This document shows positions 32,068-41,669 of a DNA stretch of 64,000 nucleotides, piece after piece. The DNA lies in the NCBI GenBank assembly GCA_963716725.1, contig CAVQUB010000002.1, positions 96,001-160,000 on the forward strand, in the 5' to 3' direction. Made by a program: the position numbers and the translations under genes. Below the pieces are notes generated by a model. It was given only the letters and a program-made list of their open reading frames with translations. It was not told where the DNA came from and did no database searches. Numbering within the stretch: the stretch's first letter is position 1; every line of letters starts with the position of its first letter. The DNA is from an uncultured delta proteobacterium. Its GTDB lineage: Bacteria; Myxococcota_A; Polyangia; Polyangiales; Polyangiaceae.

Positions 32068-33371
32068 GCGTGTCTGTCATGCACCTCGGATCGACCCCGG
32101 TGATGCTCGAACCGAGCGCGGCTTTGCCGCTGGTGCACGTGAGCGCCAGCCTGCGAGTCGGGGCCCTCGAAGATCCGGAAGGCAAGGAGGGGCTCACGCG
32201 CTTGGCCGCCAGGGCCATGCGGCGCACCGGGGGCGGTCTGAGTCAGCAAGAGCTCGACACTCGCATCGATTCCATGGGCGGCGCTTTGGGGGCCGACGTC
32301 TCCCACAGCACGATCTCGTTCAACGGCACGGTGATCGAGCGCAACTTCGGCGCTTTCCTCGAGCTCTTGGTCGACGTCTTGGCGCACCCGGGCTTCGCCG
32401 ACGAGGAGCTCGCGCTCTTGCGGCGGGAGACCGACGCGGAAATCATCGAGTCCCGGGACAACGACCGAGCCCTCGCGCGACGCTGGTTTCGGCGTCGGAT
32501 GTTTGCCGGCCACCCCTACGCCCGCTCCGTGAGCGGACAGCGGGCCACCGTCTCGAAGATGACGACGGACGACGTGCAGGGCCTGCACCGCCGCACCTGG
32601 ATCCGTGAGAACCTGGTTCTGAGCTTCTCCGGTGACCTGGACCAAGAGCGCGCCCGAGCCAGCGCCGAGCGCATCCTGGCAGCGCTTGGGCAAGGCCCGC
32701 CGCTCCGCGGCAGCGTCGACGAGCCGAGCGGCCCGCGCGGCCGCAGCCTGGTGTTCGTCGACAAGCCCGAGCGCACGCAGACCCAGATCCTGATCGGCGG
32801 CCTCGGCACGCGCCCCCACGACCTGGACCACGTCGCGCTTCACGTTGCCAACACCGTCTTGGGCGGCACCTTCACCGCGCGCCTGATGAACGAGGTGCGC
32901 AGCAAGCGCGGCTGGTCCTACGGCGCTTACTCGAGTCTGCCCTACGATCGCCACCGGCAGGCGTTCAGCATGTGGACCTTCCCCAAGGCCAGCGACGCCG
33001 CCGCGTGCATCCGCCTGGAGCTCGATCTGCTCGCCGCCTGGTGCGATCGCGGCATCACGAAGCGCGAGCTCGCCTGGGCCAAGCGCTATCTGACGCGCAG
33101 CCACGCCTTCGCCATCGACACGGCGAGCAAGCGGGTGGGGCTGGCCCTCGACGCCCTGATCTACGACCTCCCGGCCGGCTACTATGACGACTACCTCGAC
33201 CACATCGCCGGGGTGACCCTCGAGGCCGCAAACGCGGCCATCCGCCAGCGCATCTCGCCCGAGAACCTGGTGATCGCCGTGGTCGGCACCGCCAGCGAGA
33301 TCGAGGCCGACGTGCGCGCCGCCATCCCCGACCTCGGGGCCCACGAAGTGGTCTCGTTCGACGCGGATTGA
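32064..33371 (+). CDS. M16 protease, non-catalytic partner subunit
   Basis: No HxxEH; RLMNEVRSKRGWSYG (R/Y pair); GTGA overlap with the catalytic gene. Confidence 0.9.
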   Translation: MSVSVMHLGSTPVMLEPSAALPLVHVSASLRVGALEDPEGKEGLTRLAARAMRRTGGGLSQQELDTRIDSMGGALGADVSHSTISFNGTVIERNFGAFLELLVDVLAHPGFADEELALLRRETDAEIIESRDNDRALARRWFRRRMFAGHPYARSVSGQRATVSKMTTDDVQGLHRRTWIRENLVLSFSGDLDQERARASAERILAALGQGPPLRGSVDEPSGPRGRSLVFVDKPERTQTQILIGGLGTRPHDLDHVALHVANTVLGGTFTARLMNEVRSKRGWSYGAYSSLPYDRHRQAFSMWTFPKASDAAACIRLELDLLAAWCDRGITKRELAWAKRYLTRSHAFAIDTASKRVGLALDALIYDLPAGYYDDYLDHIAGVTLEAANAAIRQRISPENLVIAVVGTASEIEADVRAAIPDLGAHEVVSFDAD

Positions 33372-33378
33372 GGCGGGC

Positions 33379-34044
33379 TCAGAACCAGCCCAAGAGCCCG
33401 ACCTGGATCCCGAACGACCGGTACCTGAGCTTGCAGCTCTCGTCGTTGTTCGGACCGCCGCACTCCTGCTTGCCCATGAAGTCCATGTCGAAGGTCGGAC
33501 CGAGCATGAACGCGAAGTGCGGCGCCGGCGAAATGGTGAACATGCCTTCGAGCGTCAGCGCCAAGCCCCACTGATTGTTGCTGTCTCCGTCGGGGTCGAG
33601 GCTGTGATAGGTGAAGCCGCCGCGCGGCCAGATGCCGAAGGTGTCGCTGAAGCCGTGGAAGTAGCCGACCCGCGGCGCGAGCAGGAACGACTCGAAATCC
33701 CCACTCGGGCCGTCGTCCTCGTCGTCCACGCTGGCGTAGCCGAGCGCACCGCCAATGCTGAGCTGGTCAGTCAGGAAGTAGTCGAAGCCGAGTCGGGCCA
33801 TGTTGAACGGAAACTGGTAGCCGACTCCGCCCCAGCCGAAGCCGAGCCCCGATTGGTCCCAGTCGCTCTCGTCCCCATTCGGTGCTTCGAAGGCCAGGTT
33901 CGATTTGTAGAACGAGAACAAGCGCTCGGCGCCGAAGGCCACGGTACCGGACCTACCGATGGACTCGGCCTGGGCGAACGCCGCGCTCGCGCCAAAGGTC
34001 ACCAGAGAGAACGCCAGAACACCAATGGATCTACGCATGACCAC
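33379..34044 (-). CDS. Outer-membrane beta-barrel protein
   Basis: Signal peptide AFA-Q, RLGFDYF, APRVGY, C-terminal GLLGWF. Confidence 0.8.
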   Translation of the reverse strand: MVMRRSIGVLAFSLVTFGASAAFAQAESIGRSGTVAFGAERLFSFYKSNLAFEAPNGDESDWDQSGLGFGWGGVGYQFPFNMARLGFDYFLTDQLSIGGALGYASVDDEDDGPSGDFESFLLAPRVGYFHGFSDTFGIWPRGGFTYHSLDPDGDSNNQWGLALTLEGMFTISPAPHFAFMLGPTFDMDFMGKQECGGPNNDESCKLRYRSFGIQVGLLGWF

Positions 34045-34056
34045 CTCCGCTTTCTT

Positions 34057-35790
34057 TCATCCGAGCCCGACTCGATCTGCGACGTCGTCCGCGAGGGCCT
34101 GGGCCGCTCGGAGCGCCTCTTCTTCTTTGGCCGACACGCGCTCCGACGCGGCGAGCGGCACACGCAGGTCGACGTAGATCTTGAGCTTGGGCTCGGTGCC
34201 GCTGGGGCGGACCAGCACGCGCCCGCCGCCTTCGAGGTCCAGCGCGATCAGGCTGGTGGCCGGCAGCCACCGCGGGCGCGCCTCGGCCCCTGAGCGAAAG
34301 TCGGTGACCCGAGTGACGCGCACCCCGCCCACGGTCTCGGGTGGAGCGTCCTTCAGCCTTTGCATGGCCTGCTCGATTTCGGCCAGGCCGTCGCTACCGG
34401 GACGCGTGATGCTCTTCTGCAGGCTGACCCAGAGCCCGTGCTTGCGGTAGAGGTCGTCGAGGCGCTCACCGAGCCCCCGCCCCCGGGTTTTTTCGTAGGC
34501 CGCGAGATCGGCCAAGAGCAGCGCAGCGCTGATGCCGTCTTTGTCGCGCACGATTCGTCCCACGGAGTAGCCGAGGGCCTCCTCGTAACCGAAGGCGAAG
34601 CGCACACCGGCCTGCGCCTCGAGATCGAGCGCGGCGTTCCAGATCCATTTGAACCCGGTCAGCGTCTGCTCGAAGCGTGCGCCCCGCGCCTCGGCGATGG
34701 CGCCGAGCATGGGGGACGACACGATGCTGGACGCAACCAGAGGTCGGGGCGCCGCCAACGCGTGTTCGAGCATGAAGTCCGCCAGCAGAAGCCCAACCTG
34801 ATTCCCGGTGAGCTGACGGAAGCGGCCCGTCGCGGTCGGGATGCAGGCCGCCAGGCGATCGGCGTCCGGGTCGTTGGCCAGGATCAGATCCGCTTTCTGC
34901 TCGTCGGCCAGCTTCATGGCCAGATCGAGGGCGCCGGGCTCCTCTGGGTTCGGGAAGTTGACGGTTGGGAAGCGACCGTCGGGCTCCGCTTGTTCGGGCA
35001 CGACGTGCACGTTGGGGTAGCCGGAACGCTCGAAGGTCTGCCGCACGTAGCGCCAGCCCACACCGTGCATCGGCGTATAGACGATGCAGAGCTGCTGATC
35101 GCGCTCCACCCGCGGTCGGACCGCGTCGACCTCGGCCAAGTAGCGGTCGAAGAACGCGGACGAGACGCGCTCGGCCTTGGCATGCGATCCGCCCATGGCG
35201 CCAGCAACCAGCGGGACATCCTTGGCGCTCTTGACGGCGGCGATGCGCGCCGAGATCTCCTGGTCGACGGGCGATACGATCTGCGCCGCGTTGGCGGCGT
35301 AGACCTTGTAGCCGTTGTACTCCGGCGGGTTGTGACTGGCGGTGATCACAATCGCCGCGTTGGCCGAGAGCTCCCGAGCGGCGTGAGCCACCAGCGGTGT
35401 CGGCGCCGGATCTTCGAAGAACCGCACGGGGATGCCCGCCGCAACCAGCACGCCCACGGCGTCCTCGGCGAAGCGCCGACTCGAGAGCCGCCCATCGAAA
35501 CCCACCACCACCGGCAGAGTGCGCGGATCGGTGTTCTTCGCGAGGATGTACTCCGCGAGCCCGCGCGTGGCGCGGATCACCACCGCGCGGTTCATGCGCC
35601 CGAGGCCCGCGCCGACGATGCCGCGCAGCCCCGCCGTGCCGAACTCCAGAGGCGCGAGCATGCGTTCGCGGAGCTCGGCGTGGTCGCCCGAAGCGATCAG
35701 CGCCTCGAGCTCGGCCACCGTCTCGGGATCGGGATCCTGTGAAATCCACGCACGAGCGGCCTCGATGATCGCGTCGGGTCCTGGCTCCAT
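34057..35790 (-). CDS. Phosphoglucomutase/phosphomannomutase
   Basis: FGTAGLRG, ITASHNP, DPDADR, GYEEA, RPSGTEPKLK. Confidence 0.95.
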   Translation of the reverse strand: MEPGPDAIIEAARAWISQDPDPETVAELEALIASGDHAELRERMLAPLEFGTAGLRGIVGAGLGRMNRAVVIRATRGLAEYILAKNTDPRTLPVVVGFDGRLSSRRFAEDAVGVLVAAGIPVRFFEDPAPTPLVAHAARELSANAAIVITASHNPPEYNGYKVYAANAAQIVSPVDQEISARIAAVKSAKDVPLVAGAMGGSHAKAERVSSAFFDRYLAEVDAVRPRVERDQQLCIVYTPMHGVGWRYVRQTFERSGYPNVHVVPEQAEPDGRFPTVNFPNPEEPGALDLAMKLADEQKADLILANDPDADRLAACIPTATGRFRQLTGNQVGLLLADFMLEHALAAPRPLVASSIVSSPMLGAIAEARGARFEQTLTGFKWIWNAALDLEAQAGVRFAFGYEEALGYSVGRIVRDKDGISAALLLADLAAYEKTRGRGLGERLDDLYRKHGLWVSLQKSITRPGSDGLAEIEQAMQRLKDAPPETVGGVRVTRVTDFRSGAEARPRWLPATSLIALDLEGGGRVLVRPSGTEPKLKIYVDLRVPLAASERVSAKEEEALRAAQALADDVADRVGLG

Positions 35791-35870
35791 GGCGCGAGCA
35801 TAGTGGCAAGCGTGCCGCGCGAGAAGGTTCGGCTCTCGGCCCGTCGGCCCGAGACTGATGCCTGAAGCCC

Positions 35871-37064
35871 TCAGCCGCGGCGCGCGCGCACCAGATCGCC
35901 GCTCAAGGCGAGCTGGCCACAGGCAGCAGAGACGTCGTCTCCGCGCCGGGTCCGCACGAAACACGAAAGTCCGGATTGGGCCAGCACGCCTCGAAACTCG
36001 TCGATGCGCGCAGGCGCCGGCGCGCGGTGGGGCGACGCCACGATGGAGTTCATCGCGATCAGGTTCACCTTGACCCGCAGCCCGTGCAGCAGGCGGACCA
36101 GCGCTCGCGCTTGCTCGAGGGAGTCGTTCACTCCGGCGATCAGCGTGTACTCGATGGTGATGCGCCGACGTCGCGGCAGCGGATAGCGTCGCAGGCTCTC
36201 GATCAGCTGCGAGATGGGGTAGCGTCGGTTCACCGGCACGATGCGGCTGCGCGTGGCGTCGTCCGGAGCATGGAGCGAGATCGCGAGGCCGATCTTGCCG
36301 TCGAAGTCTTCACCCAAGCGTCGGATACCCGAGGTGAGCCCCACCGTGCTGACGGTGATGCGCCGCGGTCCCATGTTCAGTCCATCGCGATGGTTGAGCA
36401 GTCGGATCGCCCGCGCCGTCTCCTCGTAATGGTGCAGCGGCTCGCCCATGCCCATGAACACGACGTTCCGCAGGTATTCCCGCGGCTCGAGGTAGGTTCG
36501 CGCGAGCAAGACCTGGCTCACGATCTCGGCGGCGCTCAGGCCACGAACCAGGCCGGCCTTGCCGCTGGCGCAGAACACGCAGCCCATGGCGCAGCCGACC
36601 TGCGTGGACACGCACAGAGTGACCCGCTCCCGGGGCTCCTCCTCCTCGGCTTCCGACTCGTCGCCCTCGTCCTCCACCGCTGTGCCTGCGTCCGCATCGG
36701 AGGTGTCCGTCATGGGGATCAGCACGCACTCGACGCGGGCCCCACCGGCGAGCTCGAGCACGAGCTTTCTGGTCGTGTCTGCGGCTCGGTGCACTTGGCC
36801 TACGGTCGCAGGAGGCGAAAACCCGCTCTCGGCGAGCCGTCCGCGGAGCTCGGCCGAAAGCTCGGTGATCTGCGCCGGGTCGAGCACGCCGCGAGCGTGG
36901 ATGGCCCGGAAGATTTGCTCGGCTCGGTAGGCACGCTCACCCAGCTTCGCGATCACCTCCTGCCACTCGACAGGCATGCGCGCGACCGGATGAATGTCCT
37001 CGGGACCACTCGCTCCGGTGACTCCGCCTTCGGCGCGCGCAGCAACTTCGTTTCCTCGATTCAT
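35871..37064 (-). CDS. rlmN: Dual-specificity RNA methyltransferase RlmN
   Basis: CVSTQVGCAMGCVFC, FMGMGEP, SLHAP, AACGQL. Confidence 0.96.
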   Translation of the reverse strand: MNRGNEVAARAEGGVTGASGPEDIHPVARMPVEWQEVIAKLGERAYRAEQIFRAIHARGVLDPAQITELSAELRGRLAESGFSPPATVGQVHRAADTTRKLVLELAGGARVECVLIPMTDTSDADAGTAVEDEGDESEAEEEEPRERVTLCVSTQVGCAMGCVFCASGKAGLVRGLSAAEIVSQVLLARTYLEPREYLRNVVFMGMGEPLHHYEETARAIRLLNHRDGLNMGPRRITVSTVGLTSGIRRLGEDFDGKIGLAISLHAPDDATRSRIVPVNRRYPISQLIESLRRYPLPRRRRITIEYTLIAGVNDSLEQARALVRLLHGLRVKVNLIAMNSIVASPHRAPAPARIDEFRGVLAQSGLSCFVRTRRGDDVSAACGQLALSGDLVRARRG

Positions 37065-37897
37065 GAGCCGCCTCGCTTGGCTTCTTCCCAGTACCCGTCG
37101 AGCTCTTCCAATGAAAGCCCGCGCCCCGGCTTGCCGTCTTCGCCCTTGGGCCAGGCCCCGTGGGCGCCTCGCACCCGCGCCTCGACGTGCCCGAAACGTT
37201 CTCGGAAGCGATCGCCGGCCTTTCGCAGCGCCGCTTCTGCGTCCACCTCCTGGTGACGCGCCAGGTTGACCAAGGCAAACAACAAATCCCCGAGTTCGTG
37301 CTCGATGCGCTCGGAGTCGCCGCTCTCGATGGCCTCATCGAGCTCGCCGACTTCTTCGTCGACCTTCTGTCGGGAGCCAGACGGGTCGGGCCAGTCGAAA
37401 CCCACGCGGCTCACCTTCTCGCTCATGCTCTGGGCGCGAAGCAGCGCGGGCAGCGATCGAGGTACGCCGTCCAGGAGGCCACGCCCCTGCTTTTCGTCGG
37501 CCTTGATCGCCTCCCAGTTTCGAAGCACCTCGTCCGATCCGCTGACCTCGAGATCCCCGAATACGTGGGGGTGTCGGCGCACGAGCTTGTCCACCACACC
37601 ACGGACCACGTCATCTGGACCGAACTGACCCTCGCGCCGGAGTAGCTCGGCCAGGAACACCACTTGCAGCGCCAAGTCGCCGAGCTCCTCCACGAGCTGA
37701 CTTCGATCGCCGGCGTCGATGGCGTCGATGACCTCGCAGGCTTCTTCGAGCACGTATCGACGCACCGACGCAAAGGTCTGCTCGCGATCCCATGGACAGC
37801 CTTCCGGCGAAAGGAGCCGCTGCATGATGGCGACCAGGCTGGGGAAGGTCTGACCTCGTTGCTCGGCGAGGGGCAGCGGGTCCGGGACGTCGGTCAT
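37061..37897 (-). CDS. mazG: Nucleoside triphosphate pyrophosphohydrolase MazG
   Basis: GCPWDREQT, EELGDL, RRHPHVF, WEAIK, GFDWP, ELGDLLF. Confidence 0.96.
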   Translation of the reverse strand: MTDVPDPLPLAEQRGQTFPSLVAIMQRLLSPEGCPWDREQTFASVRRYVLEEACEVIDAIDAGDRSQLVEELGDLALQVVFLAELLRREGQFGPDDVVRGVVDKLVRRHPHVFGDLEVSGSDEVLRNWEAIKADEKQGRGLLDGVPRSLPALLRAQSMSEKVSRVGFDWPDPSGSRQKVDEEVGELDEAIESGDSERIEHELGDLLFALVNLARHQEVDAEAALRKAGDRFRERFGHVEARVRGAHGAWPKGEDGKPGRGLSLEELDGYWEEAKRGGS

Positions 37898-37958
37898 CTT
37901 GGCGGGGGCCTTTAATTCACGGGGGAGCTTCGGGCAACCCCGGCTAGACTCGCCGGCC

Positions 37959-38738
37959 ATGGAACCCGTGCTTCTGGTGGAGCGCCACGACGCCGTCGCC
38001 ACCCTCACCTTGAACCGTCCCGGCACGAAAAACGCGCTGACCCGCGAGCTCGTCACGGCATTGGGTCGGGTGTTGCTCGAAGTCGAGGCCGACGAGGCCG
38101 TCCGCGCCGTCGTCCTGACTGGAGCCGGCGGCTCTTTCTGTTCCGGGGCAGATCTGAAGGCCGGGATGGCTGACTTCGGCGAGGTCAGTGTCGAGACGCG
38201 CGTCGACGAGTTCCACGCGGTGATCCGGGCCATCGCCCACGGTACCAAGCCCTTCGTCGCCCAGATCGACGGCCCGGCGGTGGGCTTCGGGGCCGATCTC
38301 GCGCTGGCCTGCGATCTGCGTGTGATGTCGACGCGCGCGTACCTCCAAGAGAAGTTCGTCAAGATCGGCCTGATGCCCGACGGCGGCGGCACCTTCTGGT
38401 TGCCCCGCCTGATCGGCATCGGCCGCGCTCTCGAGTACCTCATGCTTGGCGAGCGTATCGACGCCAGCTTGGCGTTGGAGCTCGGTCTGACCAATCGCGT
38501 CGTCGATCTGGACGCGCTCGCTCCCTCCGCCCGCGCCCTGGCGGACGCTTTGGCCAAGGGCCCACCCCTGGCCCTCGCACAGATCCGCGCCGCGGTCCGC
38601 CAGAGCTTCGGCGGCACCATCGACGACGCGCTGGCACGAGAGAAGACCGGGCAGGTCGGACTGCTGGCGTCCAGCGATCTGATCGAGGGCGTGCTGGCCT
38701 GGTCGCAACGGCGCGCGCCGGAATTCAAGGGACGCTAG
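37959..38738 (+). CDS. Enoyl-CoA hydratase/isomerase (PaaG-like subgroup)
   Basis: TLNRP..KNAL, FCSGADL, GADLALACD, FVKIGLMPDGG. Confidence 0.9.
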   Translation: MEPVLLVERHDAVATLTLNRPGTKNALTRELVTALGRVLLEVEADEAVRAVVLTGAGGSFCSGADLKAGMADFGEVSVETRVDEFHAVIRAIAHGTKPFVAQIDGPAVGFGADLALACDLRVMSTRAYLQEKFVKIGLMPDGGGTFWLPRLIGIGRALEYLMLGERIDASLALELGLTNRVVDLDALAPSARALADALAKGPPLALAQIRAAVRQSFGGTIDDALAREKTGQVGLLASSDLIEGVLAWSQRRAPEFKGR

Positions 38739-38760
38739 CGCGCGGGCGCTCTGCAGGCCC

Positions 38761-39729
38761 TCAGAACAGATAGCGCTCGCCCGAGTCGCAGACGATGGTC
38801 ACGACATGGCCGCCGGGGAGTCCGGCCGCGATCTCGCAGGCCGCGTGCACGTTGGCGCCGGAACTCGGGCCGACCAGCAGGCCTTCTTCGCGGGCCATGC
38901 GCCGGGCCATCCGCTCCGCCGCCACGTCGCTGACCGTCACGACCTGGTCCACCACGCTGCGGTCGAGGATCTCCGGAACGAAGCCCGCGCCGAGCCCCTG
39001 GATGCCGTGCATGCCGGGCGGTTTTCCGCTCAGCACAGCGCTCGATTGGGGCTCCACGGCGATGATCCTGACGGACTCGAGCTCCGCCTTGAGCACGCGT
39101 CCTACGCCGGAGACCGTACCCCCGGTCCCGACTCCCGCCACGAAGGCCGTGAGTCCGCGATCCGTCTGTTCCAAGATCTCGAGCGCGGTGGTCGCGGCGT
39201 GACTCGCCGGATTGTCCGGGTTGTCGAACTGGCTGGGCATGAACGCACCCGGGGTCTCCCGGAGCAGCGCCTGCGCCTTCTGCACCGCGCCACTCATGCC
39301 ATCGAGGGCTGGGGTGAGCACGATCTCGGCGCCGTAGGCCCGGAGGATGTAGCGGCGTTCGAGGCTCATGTCCTCGGGCATCACCAGCACGCAGCGATAG
39401 CCGCGCACGGCGGCGATCATCGCGAGACTGATGCCGGTGTTGCCGCTCGTCGCCTCGACCAAGGTGGCGCCTGGCGCGATCTTGCCGCTCCGTTCCGCGC
39501 CGATCACCATGCCGAGAGCAGGACGATCTTTGACGCTGCCCGCCGGGTTCATCAGCTCGCACTTGGCCCAGACCGCGGCGCCGCCTTCGGGGCTGACCCG
39601 GCCGAGCCTCAGCAGCGGCGTTGCGCCCACGAGCCCGAGCACGTCGTCGGCGACTCGGAACCCGCTCTTGGTTCTGCGTGCTGCCTTCGGCCCGCACGGC
39701 CCGTCGGACTTCTTCGACCGATCCGCCAT
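38761..39729 (-). CDS. cysK: Cysteine synthase A
   Basis: NPAGSVKDR (PLP lysine), EATSGNTG, GTGGT, HGIQGLG, DSGERY. Confidence 0.95.
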   Translation of the reverse strand: MADRSKKSDGPCGPKAARRTKSGFRVADDVLGLVGATPLLRLGRVSPEGGAAVWAKCELMNPAGSVKDRPALGMVIGAERSGKIAPGATLVEATSGNTGISLAMIAAVRGYRCVLVMPEDMSLERRYILRAYGAEIVLTPALDGMSGAVQKAQALLRETPGAFMPSQFDNPDNPASHAATTALEILEQTDRGLTAFVAGVGTGGTVSGVGRVLKAELESVRIIAVEPQSSAVLSGKPPGMHGIQGLGAGFVPEILDRSVVDQVVTVSDVAAERMARRMAREEGLLVGPSSGANVHAACEIAAGLPGGHVVTIVCDSGERYLF

Positions 39730-39768
39730 CGAAGGCACGCTACCTCAAGGGCCAAGCATCGGCGAGGC

Positions 39769-40689
39769 TCATGCCTCGGGCCGTGGCACGACCCGGGCCG
39801 ACGCGCCATCGACTTGAAGCGGCTCGTTGCCCTCGGCAGCAGCGCCGAGGACACGCGCCAGCGCGACCACCGTCGACAGCCGCTCGCTGGTGCAGGCCGT
39901 GGTCACCTCCCCCACGTCGCTTCCGTCACGTGCGCGGAGCACCCGAGCCCCCCGCGCGGGCGCGTCTCGGCCGTCGATGATCAGAGACACGAGGCGACGC
40001 TTCACCGTTCCCCGCATGCCTTGCATGCAGACCACCTCTTGGCCGAGGTAACAGCCCTTGGTCCAGCAGATCGCCCGTTGATCCAGGGCCGCCTCGTGGG
40101 GATTGTCCTCCGGTCCAAAGTCCACGCCATGCACGCCGACGCCACGTTCGAGTCGGAACCGCGTCCAATCGTCGGCCGTCGCCCGGACCATGTCGGGGCT
40201 CGCCTCACGGACCGCCTCGAGCGCGGCGTCGATTTTCGTCGTTTCAACGACCAGCGCCGCGCCGCCGAGCCCGGACCAATCGATGCTGCCCGACGCCCCA
40301 GCCACGCGCTGCCGCGCGTGCTCGGCCGCCGCCGCCGCCCGGGGCCCATGCAGCATGAGCCAGGTGTGACTCGCGGAGCGGTCCTCGATCTCGGCGTCTT
40401 CCATCACCAACATCTGGTCGAAGGTCCGGAGCAACGCCAAGTGGGTGCCGGCTGCCGTGGAAATGAAGGACTGATCGGCGCTGGCAACGAACGAGAGATC
40501 GCTCACGATCTTGCCGGTCTTGCTCAAGATCAAGCCGAACACGCCGTGCTCGGGTCGAAGGCCGACCAGGCTGCTGGTGACGATCCCGTCGAGCCACCCG
40601 ATTCGGTCGGGACCGCTCACGACCAGGGTTCCTCGCTCGGCCTCGGTCACCACGAGGACGGCAGACCGGGCAGCTTCGTCCGCGTTCAT
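39769..40689 (-). CDS. ygfZ: Folate-binding YgfZ/GcvT-family protein
   Basis: KGCYLGQE signature. Confidence 0.9.
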   Translation of the reverse strand: MNADEAARSAVLVVTEAERGTLVVSGPDRIGWLDGIVTSSLVGLRPEHGVFGLILSKTGKIVSDLSFVASADQSFISTAAGTHLALLRTFDQMLVMEDAEIEDRSASHTWLMLHGPRAAAAAEHARQRVAGASGSIDWSGLGGAALVVETTKIDAALEAVREASPDMVRATADDWTRFRLERGVGVHGVDFGPEDNPHEAALDQRAICWTKGCYLGQEVVCMQGMRGTVKRRLVSLIIDGRDAPARGARVLRARDGSDVGEVTTACTSERLSTVVALARVLGAAAEGNEPLQVDGASARVVPRPEA

Positions 40690-41492
40690 TCGAGAGGGAT
40701 GTCGTCGTCGACCCTCGGGTAGACGGGCCCGTCCTTGAGACTCACGTCGTTGGTGGCGCCGTCCGGCTTCTTCACCGTCAACGTGACGCCGGCAGGAGAG
40801 TGGGCGTTGATCAGGCTCCGCGCCTCGGCTTCTTCCAGCGTCTTGACCTCCTTGCCCTGGATACGGACCACTTGGTCACCCGAGCGCAAGCCGGCTCGGG
40901 CCGCCGGGGATTCGAGCGCTACGCGGGTCAGGTACACGCTCTGGGTGCGGAACTCGTAGTGCATCCCGAGCCCGATGCGCGCGTGCGCCGGCTCGGTGAC
41001 CAGCGACATCTTGGCACCGCTCTCGCACTCGAGGTCGATCCATCCGGAGCGCGCTTCGCTGGCAAAGGAGCGCAGAACCTTGACGCAGATCGGGTGGTTG
41101 TTGATCGGATTCGAGTCCCAAAGCTCGACGCGAACGCTCGCCCCTTTTTGCACGCGGTAGTTGGCGCGCGGCGCGTCGGGCCAAGTGGGCGACAGGGTAT
41201 TGGGCTGGATGGGGGTGCGGAACAGCTCGCTGTCGCCAACGAACACCTTGACGAAGGGATCTGGCGCCGCGCCCCCGACCGCGTCCCATTTGCGCCCGTC
41301 GCGGGTCGTCTCCGGAATCGTCGCGCTCTTCATACGGATGAAGAACAGGTCGTCCGGTGGCGGCGGCGACAGCGTTTGGCCGGGAGCGACCGGACGAGTC
41401 GGAGTGGCCACTTCGGGGTAGACGGCGGCGCACGCGACGGACATTCCGCCGACCGCGGCGAGCACGAGCGAGCACCAGCGAGTTCGCAGCAT
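40686..41492 (-). CDS. Lipoprotein with C2-like and PDZ domains
   Basis: Lipobox SVAC; WDAVGGAAPDPFVKV..T...NTLSPTW..LWD (C2-like); SPAARAGLRSGDQVVRIQG (PDZ). Confidence 0.8.
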   Translation of the reverse strand: MLRTRWCSLVLAAVGGMSVACAAVYPEVATPTRPVAPGQTLSPPPPDDLFFIRMKSATIPETTRDGRKWDAVGGAAPDPFVKVFVGDSELFRTPIQPNTLSPTWPDAPRANYRVQKGASVRVELWDSNPINNHPICVKVLRSFASEARSGWIDLECESGAKMSLVTEPAHARIGLGMHYEFRTQSVYLTRVALESPAARAGLRSGDQVVRIQGKEVKTLEEAEARSLINAHSPAGVTLTVKKPDGATNDVSLKDGPVYPRVDDDIPLE

Positions 41493-41669
41493 CTTGGGCG
41501 CGCAGGCTACCACACCCGACCAGCGGCCCGTCGGAAGCGAACCGGAGCGCGCGCGACGCGTGGGCCGGCGACGCGGGCTTTCGGCCCCTAGGCCGGTGCG
41601 CGGCGCCGCTGCGCAAAGGAAAGTATGACAAGCGCCTCCGGACGTCCCATGCTTGGATCGCAAGGCGCC

